Position numbers and translations under genes: made by a program. Positions 1-11,192 of a stretch of DNA of 64,000 bases are shown here, piece after piece (position 1 is the stretch's first letter; the number at the start of each line of letters is the position of its first letter). The notes under the pieces were generated by a model. The model was not told the DNA's origin, made no database searches, and was given only the letters and a program-made list of their open reading frames with translations. The DNA comes from Candidatus Kapaibacterium sp. (GTDB taxonomy: Bacteria; Bacteroidota; Ignavibacteria; Kapaibacteriales; UBA2268). The stretch is from positions 1,408,001-1,472,000 of the forward strand of contig OY762428.1 in NCBI GenBank assembly GCA_963665665.1, written 5' to 3'.

Positions 1-182
1 AAAAAATATTAAAATCAGATTAAAATTTTTAAGTCTAAAAATCACAATTAATTGAATTTTATAGAATCCTCTCCCTTGCCTTTTTCAAGAATATTAACGA
101 TATTGAAGCTGAATGTTCGTTAGGGAAAATTTCGCTTTTAGCTTGTACAAAATTGATAGTTCCATTTTTTTTGACTTTTATT

Positions 183-638
183 ATGCAAAAAGATAACAAA
201 ACTTATAGTATCACTGATCTGGTCGAAGCTTACAGGCAATTTATTAGGTATCAGAATAACGAGAACTTCCAGTATCATGTTGAAAATTATCGGGCAATGA
301 GCAAAGCTTTTGGGATATTCTTTGAAAATAAAATACCTGACAGGGTATTGGAAGATTACAGAAATTGGTTTGAAAGATCAATCATGGACAGCCTGAAAAG
401 CCTCAGCCCTTTCAATGGTCTTCTGGAAGCTCCGAAGCATATTATCAAGCTTTTCAAATCCCAAGGTGGTCACTTCAAGCAAATTGAAGATGATTTTATG
501 ATTGCACACAGAAATTTTCAAATACACCTGGTAGAATTGATGTTTGGAAAAGTTGAAAAATCTGTAACCTCGGATGACCTGCTGGAAAATGGTTTTGATG
601 ACAGACGTGAAGCTCCTGATCCATTTGATTATTCGTAG
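183..638 (+). CDS. Hypothetical protein
   Basis: Open ORF; ATG at 183 preferred over upstream TTG; no recognisable motif. Confidence 0.6.
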   Translation: MQKDNKTYSITDLVEAYRQFIRYQNNENFQYHVENYRAMSKAFGIFFENKIPDRVLEDYRNWFERSIMDSLKSLSPFNGLLEAPKHIIKLFKSQGGHFKQIEDDFMIAHRNFQIHLVELMFGKVEKSVTSDDLLENGFDDRREAPDPFDYS

Positions 639-894
639 AATTGTAGTACATTCGATTTTCTTTACCCCAAGTTAAAAAATTACTGTCATTTCTAAAATAT
701 CGGTACAACAATAACCATTCAGTCGGTAAACTTTGAATGTTTTATGCGCTAAACAAAAATGAAAACTGTTTGTAGGAAAATATTTGTTCAGATCATTGAA
801 TTACGCTCCCAATTGACTGATTTGTTATTTTGAAATAAATTCGTATATTAAATTGTTATTTCTACTTCTTTTGTTTGAAAAATCAGGTGCCATT

Positions 895-2022
895 ATGAAG
901 AGGTTCATACCATTTTTATTTATTTCCATTTTAACTTTAATTGAAGTTCAAGCTCAATGTGTTGAAGGAGATTGTCAGGACGGCTATGGTGTTTTAAATA
1001 CTCAGAGTGAAATTTATAAAGGAGAATTTAAGAACGGAAAGATGAATGGCAAAGGCAAATATATCTGGCCTAATGGAAATTATTTAGAAGGAATATTTGT
1101 TGACGATTATCTTGAAGGCCTTGGATATAGTTATTATGCATCTGATAGTACACTATACAAGGGGATGTTCCATAAAGACAAATTGCAGGACGGACATGTT
1201 GAAGTTTTTCGGAATGGAGATACAGTCTATGTAGGGGATATGGTTAATTCTAAATACAATGGTAAAGGAAAAATATTTCTACCGAATGGAGATATTTATC
1301 AGGGTGATTGGAAGAATGATAAAATGGATGGAAATGGTACATATTTTTATAAAAATGGGAATTATTATACTGGCGGGTTTCGAGACAATTTGTTTCATGG
1401 CAAGGGAAAATGCTTGAATGGAAGTGTTCTTTACGATGGCGATTGGGTCAATGATGTTATTGATGGAGATGGAATTTATATTTATCAAAATGGTGATAAA
1501 TATGAAGGAGGATGCTATAAATGGATGAAACATGGAAGGGGAACTTTGACATACAAAAGTGGTGGAAAAATGATCGGCCAATGGGAATTAGATGTTTTTG
1601 TAACCGGAAACGAAATTGATAAATATCAGACAAGTGTCGTTTTTTTGGAACATTCTGAATCCGGAATTTATTTTATTCCGGTAAAGCTCAATGACAAAAT
1701 TGAAATTAATATGATATTGGATACAGGCGCTTCAGAATTGTTTTTAACTCCTGATATTGTTCTAACTTTGATCAGAACCGGAACCTTAACAGAAGATGAT
1801 ATTTTGGAAGGTGGTACATTTACTGATGCCAATGGTGATTTAAACTATCATGTTCGGTTCAATATTAAAAGTGTTAAAATCGGAGATTTTACTTTTGATA
1901 ATGTTTCTGCTGCAATAGCTAACCAGGTAATGGCATCAAACCTATTAGGCCAAAATGTATTAAATCAACTAAAAAGGTTTACATTTGATTATGTCACTGC
2001 TACTATGATTTTGTATCGGTAA
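895..2022 (+). CDS. Secreted MORN-repeat protein with C-terminal retropepsin-like aspartyl protease
   Basis: Signal peptide MKRFIPFLFISILTLIEVQAQC; many YxGxWxxxxxxGxG MORN repeats; catalytic MILDTGAS and LLGQN. Confidence 0.85.
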   Translation: MKRFIPFLFISILTLIEVQAQCVEGDCQDGYGVLNTQSEIYKGEFKNGKMNGKGKYIWPNGNYLEGIFVDDYLEGLGYSYYASDSTLYKGMFHKDKLQDGHVEVFRNGDTVYVGDMVNSKYNGKGKIFLPNGDIYQGDWKNDKMDGNGTYFYKNGNYYTGGFRDNLFHGKGKCLNGSVLYDGDWVNDVIDGDGIYIYQNGDKYEGGCYKWMKHGRGTLTYKSGGKMIGQWELDVFVTGNEIDKYQTSVVFLEHSESGIYFIPVKLNDKIEINMILDTGASELFLTPDIVLTLIRTGTLTEDDILEGGTFTDANGDLNYHVRFNIKSVKIGDFTFDNVSAAIANQVMASNLLGQNVLNQLKRFTFDYVTATMILYR

Positions 2023-2085
2023 AAAATTTGACAAATTCAGATACTATTTCAATATAAAAAATTGTTCACATTATTGGGGTTAATT

Positions 2086-3255
2086 ATGCAAGATGATACT
2101 TATTCAGAACTCGAATTAAGAATTAAAAGTATTGAGAAGAAACAGAAAAGAAGCAAATTTACAAATCTATTCCTGTTACTAATAATCATATCCGGGTTAA
2201 TGTACGGTTTCCAAATGACTCAAAAATTTAAAACGCTGGAAGTTGAAAAACTTGTTTTAATAGACAGTCTTGGTAAACAAAGAGCTGTAATGATGTTTGA
2301 TGAAAAATTTGATCCTCAGTTCCAGATGTTTAATAAGAATGGAGATGAAGTATTTAATCTGTGTATATCTGAAGAAAAAGCGGCTATAGATATGCCGAAT
2401 ATTAATTATATTGGTAATTATTCAGGATTAAGGATAGCCCCAAATAGTATTTTATTAGCATCGGATACGATTGGACTTCTTCATTTAAATACAAGTTCAA
2501 AAAGAGGGCCATATATATATCTAAGCATGGAAGATAGTATTGGTTCTTCTTTTAAGTCAACTTATAAATCAACATCGATAAATTGGCTTCATAGCAAAAA
2601 CGGAAGTTTGAATAGTACTGTAAAAATTGAAAATTATGGCAGAAGTGATTCTCTGGGTATTTTGATTGGGAATATGTTTTCAGATCGAGATAGTTCTAAT
2701 GCGGAAATAATTGATTTGAAAATCACAGATTTAGGACCTTCTCTTGAAATGTATGATTTTAATAAAACTAATTTTAAGTTCCGGCAAAGACAATCATCAA
2801 CTATCTATGGAACAAAATTCAATTCTCATGATGGCCCTGACTTGATTTTTGGATATAATTGGTTTGATTTGGGAAACGTAATAAGAGTGAATGATCCTGA
2901 TCCTGGAATGAGAATTTTAGATAAAAATGATTCTGTTCGTTTAAAAACTTGTATTAGAAGCGATAATGATATGGTTTATACAGCTTTTTTTGGTAACTCT
3001 TGCTCTGAAGGAACATATATTGGTAATTTAAAAAACAATGGTTTTTTGGAATTTCATAAAAATGATCGAAAAAGGTTAACTTTGAACTTTACAGATTATG
3101 GCGTACCACGATTATCTATGTTTGACTATTATGGTAATATTCGATTAAACCTTGGAGGAATGGTAACTACAAGAAATGGCAGGTCAATTAATAATTACGA
3201 ATCTTCAATATTTCTATTTAATGAAAAAGGAAATAGTCTTTTTTCAGCCCCATAA
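2086..3255 (+). CDS. Hypothetical membrane-anchored beta-rich protein
   Basis: N-terminal coiled coil and TM helix, followed by repeated L.D..G..R motifs. Confidence 0.65.
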   Translation: MQDDTYSELELRIKSIEKKQKRSKFTNLFLLLIIISGLMYGFQMTQKFKTLEVEKLVLIDSLGKQRAVMMFDEKFDPQFQMFNKNGDEVFNLCISEEKAAIDMPNINYIGNYSGLRIAPNSILLASDTIGLLHLNTSSKRGPYIYLSMEDSIGSSFKSTYKSTSINWLHSKNGSLNSTVKIENYGRSDSLGILIGNMFSDRDSSNAEIIDLKITDLGPSLEMYDFNKTNFKFRQRQSSTIYGTKFNSHDGPDLIFGYNWFDLGNVIRVNDPDPGMRILDKNDSVRLKTCIRSDNDMVYTAFFGNSCSEGTYIGNLKNNGFLEFHKNDRKRLTLNFTDYGVPRLSMFDYYGNIRLNLGGMVTTRNGRSINNYESSIFLFNEKGNSLFSAP

Positions 3256-3271
3256 AAAAGAAAGCGAATAC

Positions 3272-4021
3272 ATGAAAATAGAAGAAATAAATAAAATGAT
3301 CGAAGAAAAGAAACAATCTGAAACGTTAATGTATTTTAGTGAAATTGATAATGCAGTTGATTCCTTAGAAACAGCTTTTTTTTTAATTGACAGAGATGAT
3401 TCCGGAAAGTGGAAATGGGTATCTTTGTGTATTTATCATTCTCTGTATAATTTTTGCATTGCTTCACTAACAAATGGATTTTCTGGTAATGTTCTTCAAG
3501 GTAAAAGAGGTAAAATATTTTATTCTCGTGATGAAGTTAATTGGAAAAAGGCAGTATGGAAAGAAATTGATGGTACAACGTTTGGAAGAATACAATGGAA
3601 TGATGTAACGGATAAGTCGGAACTACCGAAGATCAATAATAATATTCCAAATACTGATGAAGTGTTTTGCGAATATGAAAAGAAAGATTTGATTTCTTTT
3701 CAATGTGCCTTGTCCCGAGTAATGGATCAGGAATACTGGATGGGAAGGCATGAAAGACAGAAAGCGCTTATTTTATCCGATGAGGAAATTAAAGATATTG
3801 ATATAATTCATAAACTTAGGAATGATTTTATTCATTTTAAACCCAAACTGGTAATATATGGTATTGAAACAATTAAGAAAATTTTAGAAGTTTATTTGAA
3901 AGCTATAAAATTTCTCGTTTTTGATTCTAATTCAATATTGGAAATTGGAGAAACACCTTTTAGAGACAGAGTTGAGGAATTATTACATAAACTGAGTATA
4001 GAACTTGATATTCAGAACTGA
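3272..4021 (+). CDS. Putative HEPN-domain protein
   Basis: C-terminal LRNDFIHF fits the RxxxxH HEPN RNase motif; helical N-terminus. Confidence 0.6.
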   Translation: MKIEEINKMIEEKKQSETLMYFSEIDNAVDSLETAFFLIDRDDSGKWKWVSLCIYHSLYNFCIASLTNGFSGNVLQGKRGKIFYSRDEVNWKKAVWKEIDGTTFGRIQWNDVTDKSELPKINNNIPNTDEVFCEYEKKDLISFQCALSRVMDQEYWMGRHERQKALILSDEEIKDIDIIHKLRNDFIHFKPKLVIYGIETIKKILEVYLKAIKFLVFDSNSILEIGETPFRDRVEELLHKLSIELDIQN

Positions 4022-4046
4022 AATTTCGATTCGTTAGTTTGGTCAG

Positions 4047-4078
4047 AAAAAAAAAACCGGTAGCTTGTCACTGCCGGG
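4047..4078 (-). terminator. Intrinsic terminator hairpin (CCGGTAG...CTGCCGG) with U-tract on minus strand
   Basis: Inverted repeat preceded by an A10 run on plus. Confidence 0.55.
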
Positions 4079-4390
4079 GTTTTCGACTATCAGGCCAATG
4101 CTCTGTTTTTAACAATCCAAGAATATACCACAGGTTTTCTTTACACCAAGTTACGAAATTACTGTCTTTTCAAATATACTGGTACACTAACAACGGTTTA
4201 GCGGTACACACTACTGCCGGTTTGTGCAAATCGTGCTTGGCAACTCAGCTAACTATATAAATCACATCTGACTCCTGTTAGAAATTATATTCAAAAATAT
4301 TATGGCTTTTCTGTTCGATGTATCAAAGATTGAACTTTATAGAAACATCATCTTTTTATCATAAAATACCAATATATTAACAATCCCACG

Positions 4391-4419
4391 AAAAAAAGCC
4401 GGGAATTTCTTCCCGGCTT
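4391..4419 (-). terminator. Intrinsic terminator downstream of the XRE gene
   Basis: AAGCCGGGAA-ttc-TTCCCGGCTT hairpin with A-run on the left. Confidence 0.7.
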
Positions 4420-4544
4420 GCTAAGGAACGCATGGCAAACCATTAACTAATAGAAAATAAGGAGCTAAAGAACCTCTTTTGAGTACATTATGCCATGATA
4501 TTCCGTAAATTTTCAGCAGAAACGGCGTTGAATTGCGATTCTCG

Positions 4545-4636
4545 TGCAACTTTTTAGCAACTTTTTGTTGATTTTATGCAACAAAGAGCACTGCGCTGCA
4601 ACTTTTATCAACTTTCTGCAACATTCTGCAATTTTT
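4545..4636. repeat. Phased ~10-bp direct repeats TGCAACTTTT
   Basis: Copies at 4545, 4556, 4577, 4597, 4607, 4617 and 4627. Confidence 0.6.
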
Positions 4637-5612
4637 CGCCTGTTGCATCCGTATTTGTGGAACTATCTGCAACAATTGTATCAAAACCGTCATCAAAGTC
4701 ATCCAAATCGGGCAAATCAGGGTAAGTTGCATAGTCAATTGGCTCGGGTTGCTGATAGTTTGCCTGCTGTTGCATTTGTGTTGCAGCCTGTTGCTGTTTA
4801 CCGGCGAACATATTCGAAAATGTATTGACAAGTTTCGGCGCGATGCTTGGGCCGATGTTCTCGCCCAGGCTTTTAAGCAACTCGGACACACCCGGTTTGT
4901 CGAGCAGGCCGGAAAGTCCGCCGCTTTCTTTATCTGAGTTCTTACGCAGTTCTGCAATTACCCTGTCGATTTCTAATTGGATCTCGTCACCGAATTCAAT
5001 TATCCTGTTCTCAACCATCTCAGTAATCAAATTCCGGATTTCTTCCTTATTAGTTTTCAGCTTTTCATCCATTACAATTTCAAGATTCATAACCTGATCC
5101 TGAATTTTGCCGTTTACATTGTTCTGGAAGTTCTCGAAAAGGTATTTTAAATGGTCAACCTCGCGGATAACCTGCATATTCTTCAGCCTTTCGTCCTGAA
5201 GCTCCTGCGTCAGGTTATAGTTTCGGCTTTCCAGCTTATCCATCTTACTTTCGCCCTTACGCACTTCATTTGTCAGGTATCGCGTATATTCGTCGTCGTT
5301 TAATTGTTCCATCGGATTTTCCTTAGTTTTTGAGGCAGGTTTCAGTTGTTTCTCGTATTCCATTGTCTGCTTAATTCTGTTAATCGCGTCCGGGGCGTAT
5401 TCGGCAGCTCCGCCGGTTTCGGTAAGGCCCTGCACGAAGTTCTGCACAATGTTTGCCGGAACCAGTTCCTGCTTTTTTCGTTCCATTCTGGAAATCTGAC
5501 TTTTACTGCTCATGTTAAGAAGCCGTGCAGCATTTTCCTGGCTAAGCCCGAAATATTCCCTCAGCCGTCGGAATTCTTCTCCTGTCAGTGGAGGTAAGTT
5601 GTCGTGAAACAT
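4608..5612 (-). CDS. XRE-family HTH protein with long coiled coil and Q-rich/acidic tail
   Basis: LTGEEFRRLREYFGLSQENAARLLNMSSKSQISRMER is an XRE HTH. Confidence 0.75.
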   Translation of the reverse strand: MFHDNLPPLTGEEFRRLREYFGLSQENAARLLNMSSKSQISRMERKKQELVPANIVQNFVQGLTETGGAAEYAPDAINRIKQTMEYEKQLKPASKTKENPMEQLNDDEYTRYLTNEVRKGESKMDKLESRNYNLTQELQDERLKNMQVIREVDHLKYLFENFQNNVNGKIQDQVMNLEIVMDEKLKTNKEEIRNLITEMVENRIIEFGDEIQLEIDRVIAELRKNSDKESGGLSGLLDKPGVSELLKSLGENIGPSIAPKLVNTFSNMFAGKQQQAATQMQQQANYQQPEPIDYATYPDLPDLDDFDDGFDTIVADSSTNTDATGEKLQNVAES

Positions 5613-5874
5613 AATTTGTCTTTCTATTATTAATTATATGTTCGTGTTTCATGTTTGATTGAAGCTATTCATGAATATAACTATCTTATAGTTAAAAATA
5701 AGATAATTTATATTCGCTTTAAATAAATTGCGTTCATAATCGCTCTCAGTGCGGTTTTCAAAGGCTTGCACAACTAAAACCATTGCCGGAGCAACAAGTG
5801 CTGATAGCGGACGTATACGGCGCTAATTCCAAGTCCGGCAGTGATTTCCCGGATTATATCCCAAAAAACAGCTT

Positions 5875-6261
5875 TCATAGTTCCTCCTGGGCATTCGGGA
5901 ACAATTTCTGGGCTGATTCGAGGAAACGGAAAAGCTCGTCCGTGAGTTCTTTCAGCATATCATCACTGAGTTTGATTTCATTCATGCAGGCAAATGCCAA
6001 CATAAGAAAATCCTGAAGATAGCTGCGGTAGAAATCAGGGCTGGCAAGAACTTCGTGCTCCATGCTTAGGCGTTTTGTTTCGTGCTGCTTTCTAAGCATA
6101 TCGGCAAGGTGGTCAATGGCCTCTTTTTCCGGTGCGAGAGGGAAAAGTATTGCTGCCGGCAAATTATTTTTCGTCAGGCAGGCAAAACCCAGCTTTTCAC
6201 TTACCCTTACAAGCTGTGAAATTCCCATTTTCGAGGCTTCGTTCATTGCAAAATTTTGCAT
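5875..6261 (-). CDS. Protein with Phd/YefM-like N-terminal domain
   Basis: MQNFAMNEASKMGISQLVRVSEKLGFACLTKNNLPAAILFP follows the Phd/YefM pattern. Confidence 0.5.
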   Translation of the reverse strand: MQNFAMNEASKMGISQLVRVSEKLGFACLTKNNLPAAILFPLAPEKEAIDHLADMLRKQHETKRLSMEHEVLASPDFYRSYLQDFLMLAFACMNEIKLSDDMLKELTDELFRFLESAQKLFPNAQEEL

Positions 6262-6562
6262 AATGGTAAATCCTTGTCAATTGTTGTAAAATACTGTAAG
6301 TAATCATAAAATCAATTACTTATATATATATTAACCTATAAAAACGATATTTGTTACAATATATTATTGGATATAAAGGAAAATTTATTTTAAGATTTGT
6401 ATATATGTGTATTGCCTTTCTCCTGAAAATTTGCGATATTGGGAATTGAATGCTCGCGGGGGAGTATTCCGGCAATGGCAGAGCGAAGGGTAGAAAAAAT
6501 TTAATCAAAGCGGCAGTCAAGGCGACTGGTGTTTTTCGTGGTTTGAAATTAATGAGGCTGAT

Positions 6563-7684
6563 ATGTTTTTGATTGACAAAGATAAAAATGAGATACAGAA
6601 GATTGAAGAAAAATCCTTTACTGAGCTTGGCTTTAAGGAAAGAGCAAACTTGCAGGAATGGCTGGCAGGCAACCCGGAAGCTCTGGGCGAGGAATTATTG
6701 ATTATTCAGAAGGAATTTGCCGGATTTATTGATACCAGGGAAAGGCTTGATCTTCTGGCGCTTGATAAGCAGGGAAACCTGGTAATAATTGAAAATAAAC
6801 TTGACGACAGTGGCCGGGATGTTACCTGGCAGGTTTTAAAATACGCATCTTACTGTGCCAGCTTATCGAAATCACAGATAATAAAAATATTTCAGGACTA
6901 CCTGTCGCAAACAAGATCGGAAACAACGGCGGAAGAAGCCCTGACGGAGTTCTTCGATAATACTGAGATTGAAGATATTTCCCTCAATAAGGGCCTGACT
7001 CAGCGTGTTATGATGGTAGCAGGAAACTTCAGGAAGGAAGTAACATCTACTGTCCTCTGGCTCCTGAATTATAATCTGAGGATACAGTGCTTTAAAGTTA
7101 CTCCTTTCAAGCTTAATGACCAACTCCTGCTTAATATCGAACAGATCATCCCGATGAAAGATGCCGAAGAATATTCTATTAATATGGCGGAAAAAACACA
7201 GGAAGATATTAGTTCCCAGGAAGAAATGAAATCAAGGCATATTATCCGCCTTGAATTCTGGAAAATATTTCTTGATTACATTTCCGGAAAAGGTGAAATA
7301 TTTCAGAATATCAGTCCGTCAAAATACAGTTGGATAGCTTCCGGATCCGGTTTAGGAGGCGTTTCCTACAATGCCGTTGTTTCGAAGGCATATGGCAGGG
7401 CTGAATTATATATTGACCGTGGTGAAAAGGATGAGAATAAAAGAATTTTTGACTTCCTGTACGCCAGAAAGGAAGAAATAGAAGAGCTAATGAGAACAGC
7501 TCTGGAATGGCAAAGGCTTGATGAAAAAAGAGCCTGTAGGATAAAATACGAGCTTACAGGTGTTAATGTATTTCATAAGGAAGATTGGGACGAAATGATT
7601 AAATTTATATCCGATGCTATCCTTAGAATGGAAAAGGCATTCAGGAACAGCGTAAAAGAAGTTGGATATGAATTGAAGAAGTAA
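6563..7684 (+). CDS. NucS-like PD-(D/E)XK endonuclease fused to DUF4268
   Basis: ERANLQEWL, RLDLLALDKQGNLVIIENK; C-terminal FW...ELYID...W.RL pattern. Confidence 0.8.
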   Translation: MFLIDKDKNEIQKIEEKSFTELGFKERANLQEWLAGNPEALGEELLIIQKEFAGFIDTRERLDLLALDKQGNLVIIENKLDDSGRDVTWQVLKYASYCASLSKSQIIKIFQDYLSQTRSETTAEEALTEFFDNTEIEDISLNKGLTQRVMMVAGNFRKEVTSTVLWLLNYNLRIQCFKVTPFKLNDQLLLNIEQIIPMKDAEEYSINMAEKTQEDISSQEEMKSRHIIRLEFWKIFLDYISGKGEIFQNISPSKYSWIASGSGLGGVSYNAVVSKAYGRAELYIDRGEKDENKRIFDFLYARKEEIEELMRTALEWQRLDEKRACRIKYELTGVNVFHKEDWDEMIKFISDAILRMEKAFRNSVKEVGYELKK

Positions 7685-7710
7685 TATTGATAAAACATCC
7701 GGGAAGATAA

Positions 7711-9246
7711 ATGGCTAAGAAGAAAAAAGAAAAGAAAGAGGAACCTTTAGAAAAACAATTATGGAAAGCAGCGGATAAACTTCGTAAAAATATTGATGCT
7801 GCTGAATATAAGCATATCGTCCTGGGATTGATATTTTTGAAATATATTTCCGATGCCTTCGAAGAGTTATATGCTTCGCTGAAAGCCGAAGAAGCTCAGG
7901 GCGCCGATCCCGAAGATAAGGACGAGTACAAAGCCGAAAATGTCTTTTTTGTACCGGCGGAAGCCCGCTGGACTTTCCTGCTTTCCAAGGCTAAAGAGCC
8001 GCTGATAGGCAAAATTGTTGATGAAGCTATGGATGCCATTGAAAAGGAAAATAAATCGCTTAAAGGTGTGTTGCCAAAAGTCTTTGCAAGGCAGAATCTC
8101 GATCCGGCAAGTCTCGGTGAACTGATTGACCTGATTGGCAATATTGCACTTGGCGATACGAAGGCACGAAGCGCCGACGTTCTGGGGCATGTGTTCGAAT
8201 ATTTCCTTGGCGAGTTTGCTCTTGCAGAAGGGAAGAAGGGCGGACAGTTCTATACGCCGCGTTCCGTTGTGGAACTTCTGGTTGAAATGCTGGAGCCCTA
8301 CAAGGGCCGAGTTTTCGATCCCTGCTGTGGTTCAGGCGGTATGTTCGTACAGTCAGAAAAGTTTGTTACCGGCCACCAGGGCCGTATAAATGATATTTCC
8401 ATCTACGGACAGGAAAGCAACCAGACCACCTGGCGCCTTGCAAAAATGAATCTTGCTATCCGTGGTATTGATAGTTCGCAGGTAAAGTGGAATAACGAGG
8501 GTTCTTTCCTGAATGACAGTCATAAAGATTTGAAGTCTGATTATGTTATAGCTAATCCCCCATTCAATGACAGTGACTGGAGCGGTGACCTGCTTAGAAA
8601 AGACGGGCGCTGGAAATTTGGTGTTCCCCCTGCTGGCAATGCCAACTATGCATGGATTCAGCACTTTCTCTATCACCTGAACCCAGGTGGTCAAGCCGGT
8701 TTTGTACTGGCGAAAGGAGCATTGACTTCAAAAACATCAGGAGAAGGAGATATAAGAAAATCTCTCATTGAAGCCCATTTGGTAGATTGTATTGTGAATC
8801 TTCCTGCAAAACTCTTTTTGAATACACAGATTCCGGCCAGCCTATGGTTCCTGAGCAGGAACAAGGCCAATGGTAATTTCCGGAATCGTGTTAATGAAAT
8901 TCTGTTTATTGATGCACGAAACATGGGGCATTTGATCAACCGCAGGACAAGGGAGTTTTCTCAGGAGGATATTGACAAAATTGCTGAAACTTATCATAAC
9001 TGGCGCAACCCTGACGGCAATTACGAAGATGTAAAGGGATTTTGCAACTCTGCGAGTGTGGAAAGAGTCAGAGAACTGGACTATGTACTTACGCCGGGCC
9101 GATACGTGGGACTGGCTGCCGAGGAGGATGACTTCGATTTCAAGGAAAGGTTCAGCAGCCTTCAGAAGGAGTTTGAAGAGCAGCTTAAGGAAGAGGCCGT
9201 TCTGAACGAAAGAATAAAAGAAAACCTGAAAACGATAAAAATATGA
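7711..9246 (+). CDS. hsdM: Type I restriction-modification methyltransferase (M) subunit
   Basis: [29 protein letters not shown]. Confidence 0.97.
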   Translation: MAKKKKEKKEEPLEKQLWKAADKLRKNIDAAEYKHIVLGLIFLKYISDAFEELYASLKAEEAQGADPEDKDEYKAENVFFVPAEARWTFLLSKAKEPLIGKIVDEAMDAIEKENKSLKGVLPKVFARQNLDPASLGELIDLIGNIALGDTKARSADVLGHVFEYFLGEFALAEGKKGGQFYTPRSVVELLVEMLEPYKGRVFDPCCGSGGMFVQSEKFVTGHQGRINDISIYGQESNQTTWRLAKMNLAIRGIDSSQVKWNNEGSFLNDSHKDLKSDYVIANPPFNDSDWSGDLLRKDGRWKFGVPPAGNANYAWIQHFLYHLNPGGQAGFVLAKGALTSKTSGEGDIRKSLIEAHLVDCIVNLPAKLFLNTQIPASLWFLSRNKANGNFRNRVNEILFIDARNMGHLINRRTREFSQEDIDKIAETYHNWRNPDGNYEDVKGFCNSASVERVRELDYVLTPGRYVGLAAEEDDFDFKERFSSLQKEFEEQLKEEAVLNERIKENLKTIKI

Positions 9247-10787
9247 GCTTTAACGATAAAATCAACCAGCCTGAAGGCCGCCGGCTTGAATTCAAATCTA
9301 AAATTCCGGCAGGCCCTGAAATTGCCAAAACGATCATTGCTTTTGCCAATGATGCCGGCGGAGAACTATACATTGGTGTTCAGGATAATCCCCGAAACGT
9401 TTTGGGCCTTGATGAAGACGATCTGCTGATGCTGGAAGAAAAGATCAGCAATATTGTCCATGACAATTGTAATCCCATTATCCTTCCCGAAATTTCCTTC
9501 TTCAGATTCCAGAATAAATATCTTATTAAAATTCAGATATATAAGGGCAACAATCCGCCGTATTATCTGAAAAGCAGAGGCATTGACAGCGGGACATTTA
9601 TACGTGTAGGATCGTCCAACAGGGCGGCAAGCCCGGAAATGATAGCAGAACTTGAAAGAAGGAAAAACAATATTTCCTTCGACAGCATTCTGATCTATGA
9701 AAAGGAACTGTCTGAAATTGATATTTCATCATTTGTCAGGCATTTTAAGGAGAAAACCGGTGAAAATGCTGGCATGCAGACACTTTCCAAACTAAGGCTT
9801 TTTGATTCCGACCAGGGAAAAGAACTGCCAACTAATGCCCTGATCCTTCTTTCCGATGATGATCTGCAAAGCCGCCTGTTCCCTTATGCAAAGATAGAGT
9901 GTGCAAGGTTCAAAGGTATTACTCCGGGTGATTTTATCGACCAGAAAACTATTTCCGGGCCGCTAAGTTTGCAGGCCGAATCTGCATATCAATTTATTTT
10001 GCGCCATATTTCGCAGGGGTCTTCCTACGATGGCGTTTACAGGATTGACCGCTGGGAATATCCTGTTACAGCTATCAGGGAAGCCATTCGTAATGCTGTT
10101 ATCCACAGGGATTATTCCCTGACGGGGAAAGATATTAAAATTGCCGTATTTGATAATAAAATTGAGATCACAAGCCCCGGCAAGCTTCTTCCTACCGTGG
10201 ATTATAACCAGATGGAAGCCGGGCAGTCCGATATTAGAAACATGGTGCTGGCGCCTGTCTTTAAGAAACTTGGTATTATTGAGCAATGGGGCAACGGCCT
10301 TCAGCTTATTTCAGATGAAATGAAGCAATATCCTGAAATTGATATAAAGTGGAACGAACCGGGCATGGCTTTTCGGATCAGCTTTATTAAGAGGGATTAT
10401 ATTGAGCAGCCCGAGTCAAGGCCTGAGTTGGAGCAAGAGCCAAGGCCCGAGTCGAGGCCCGAGTTGAGGCCTGAGTCGAGGCCCGAGTCGAGGCCTGAGT
10501 TGGAGCAAGATCAAAGGCACGAGTCAGGGCAAGAGTTAAAGCAAGAGTCTATATATGATGCAGTTATACTCAGTCTATTTAATATAGCACTTTCAAAGGG
10601 GAAATTAGCAAAAGCCCTGGGGCAGAAAAGCGTTTCCGGCGGATTGAAAAAAGTTATTAGCAAGCTGATGGAAGAAGAAATGATAGAATGGACTATTCCT
10701 GAAAAACCGAACAGCTCCAAACAAAAATACAGGCTGACAGAAAAGGGAAAAGGTTATTATAAGACTAAATTTGGAAATGATGAATAA
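9243..10787 (+). CDS. Schlafen/AlbA_2 domain protein with RecG-C-like/HATPase_c_4 domain and C-terminal HTH
   Basis: [49 protein letters not shown]. Confidence 0.88.
   Translation: MSFNDKINQPEGRRLEFKSKIPAGPEIAKTIIAFANDAGGELYIGVQDNPRNVLGLDEDDLLMLEEKISNIVHDNCNPIILPEISFFRFQNKYLIKIQIYKGNNPPYYLKSRGIDSGTFIRVGSSNRAASPEMIAELERRKNNISFDSILIYEKELSEIDISSFVRHFKEKTGENAGMQTLSKLRLFDSDQGKELPTNALILLSDDDLQSRLFPYAKIECARFKGITPGDFIDQKTISGPLSLQAESAYQFILRHISQGSSYDGVYRIDRWEYPVTAIREAIRNAVIHRDYSLTGKDIKIAVFDNKIEITSPGKLLPTVDYNQMEAGQSDIRNMVLAPVFKKLGIIEQWGNGLQLISDEMKQYPEIDIKWNEPGMAFRISFIKRDYIEQPESRPELEQEPRPESRPELRPESRPESRPELEQDQRHESGQELKQESIYDAVILSLFNIALSKGKLAKALGQKSVSGGLKKVISKLMEEEMIEWTIPEKPNSSKQKYRLTEKGKGYYKTKFGNDE
10407..10548 (+). 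repeat. 12-bp in-frame tandem repeats (AGGCCCGAGTCG-like) encoding RPES/RPEL
   Basis: Directly visible; protein reads [32 protein letters not shown]. Confidence 0.85.
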
Positions 10788-10910
10788 TGAGAAAATATTA
10801 AATATTTGCTTTTGCAAAAAAACAATAAAAGATGGTGCAGACACTGTCTGCACCATCTGAAATCAGCCAGGAAACAAAATCAGGCTGATATTAAAAGGAA
10901 ACTGATAATT

Positions 10911-11192
10911 ATGAAAAGAACAACGATAATACAGAAAAATGACGAATATATGGACGTGAAACCAAGATACACTGTAGGGCAGCTTATTGAAATGCTGCAA
11001 AAATTCCCGCGGGATATGCCGGTGGTGATGGATGCATTTGAAAGTGATTATAAAAATGTTATGCCGCCGCGAAGGCAGCTTGTAAATTACTGCCCCGATG
11101 ATGATTATTATATCGGGCAGTTTCAGTGGGTAACCGAGGGTGTGGACGGCGCATTCGAGGTTGTTGTGATACCGAGGGAAGTGAGGCTGTGA
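10911..11192 (+). CDS. Small phage-like hypothetical protein
   Basis: TVGQLIEMLQKFPRDMPVV; stop overlaps the next start (TGATG). Confidence 0.6.
   Translation: MKRTTIIQKNDEYMDVKPRYTVGQLIEMLQKFPRDMPVVMDAFESDYKNVMPPRRQLVNYCPDDDYYIGQFQWVTEGVDGAFEVVVIPREVRL

Noticed and set aside
4184-4254. Integron attC site
   Set aside because: GTTAG-like ends occur only in the same orientation, with no complementary R''/R' pair, and no integron integrase is visible.
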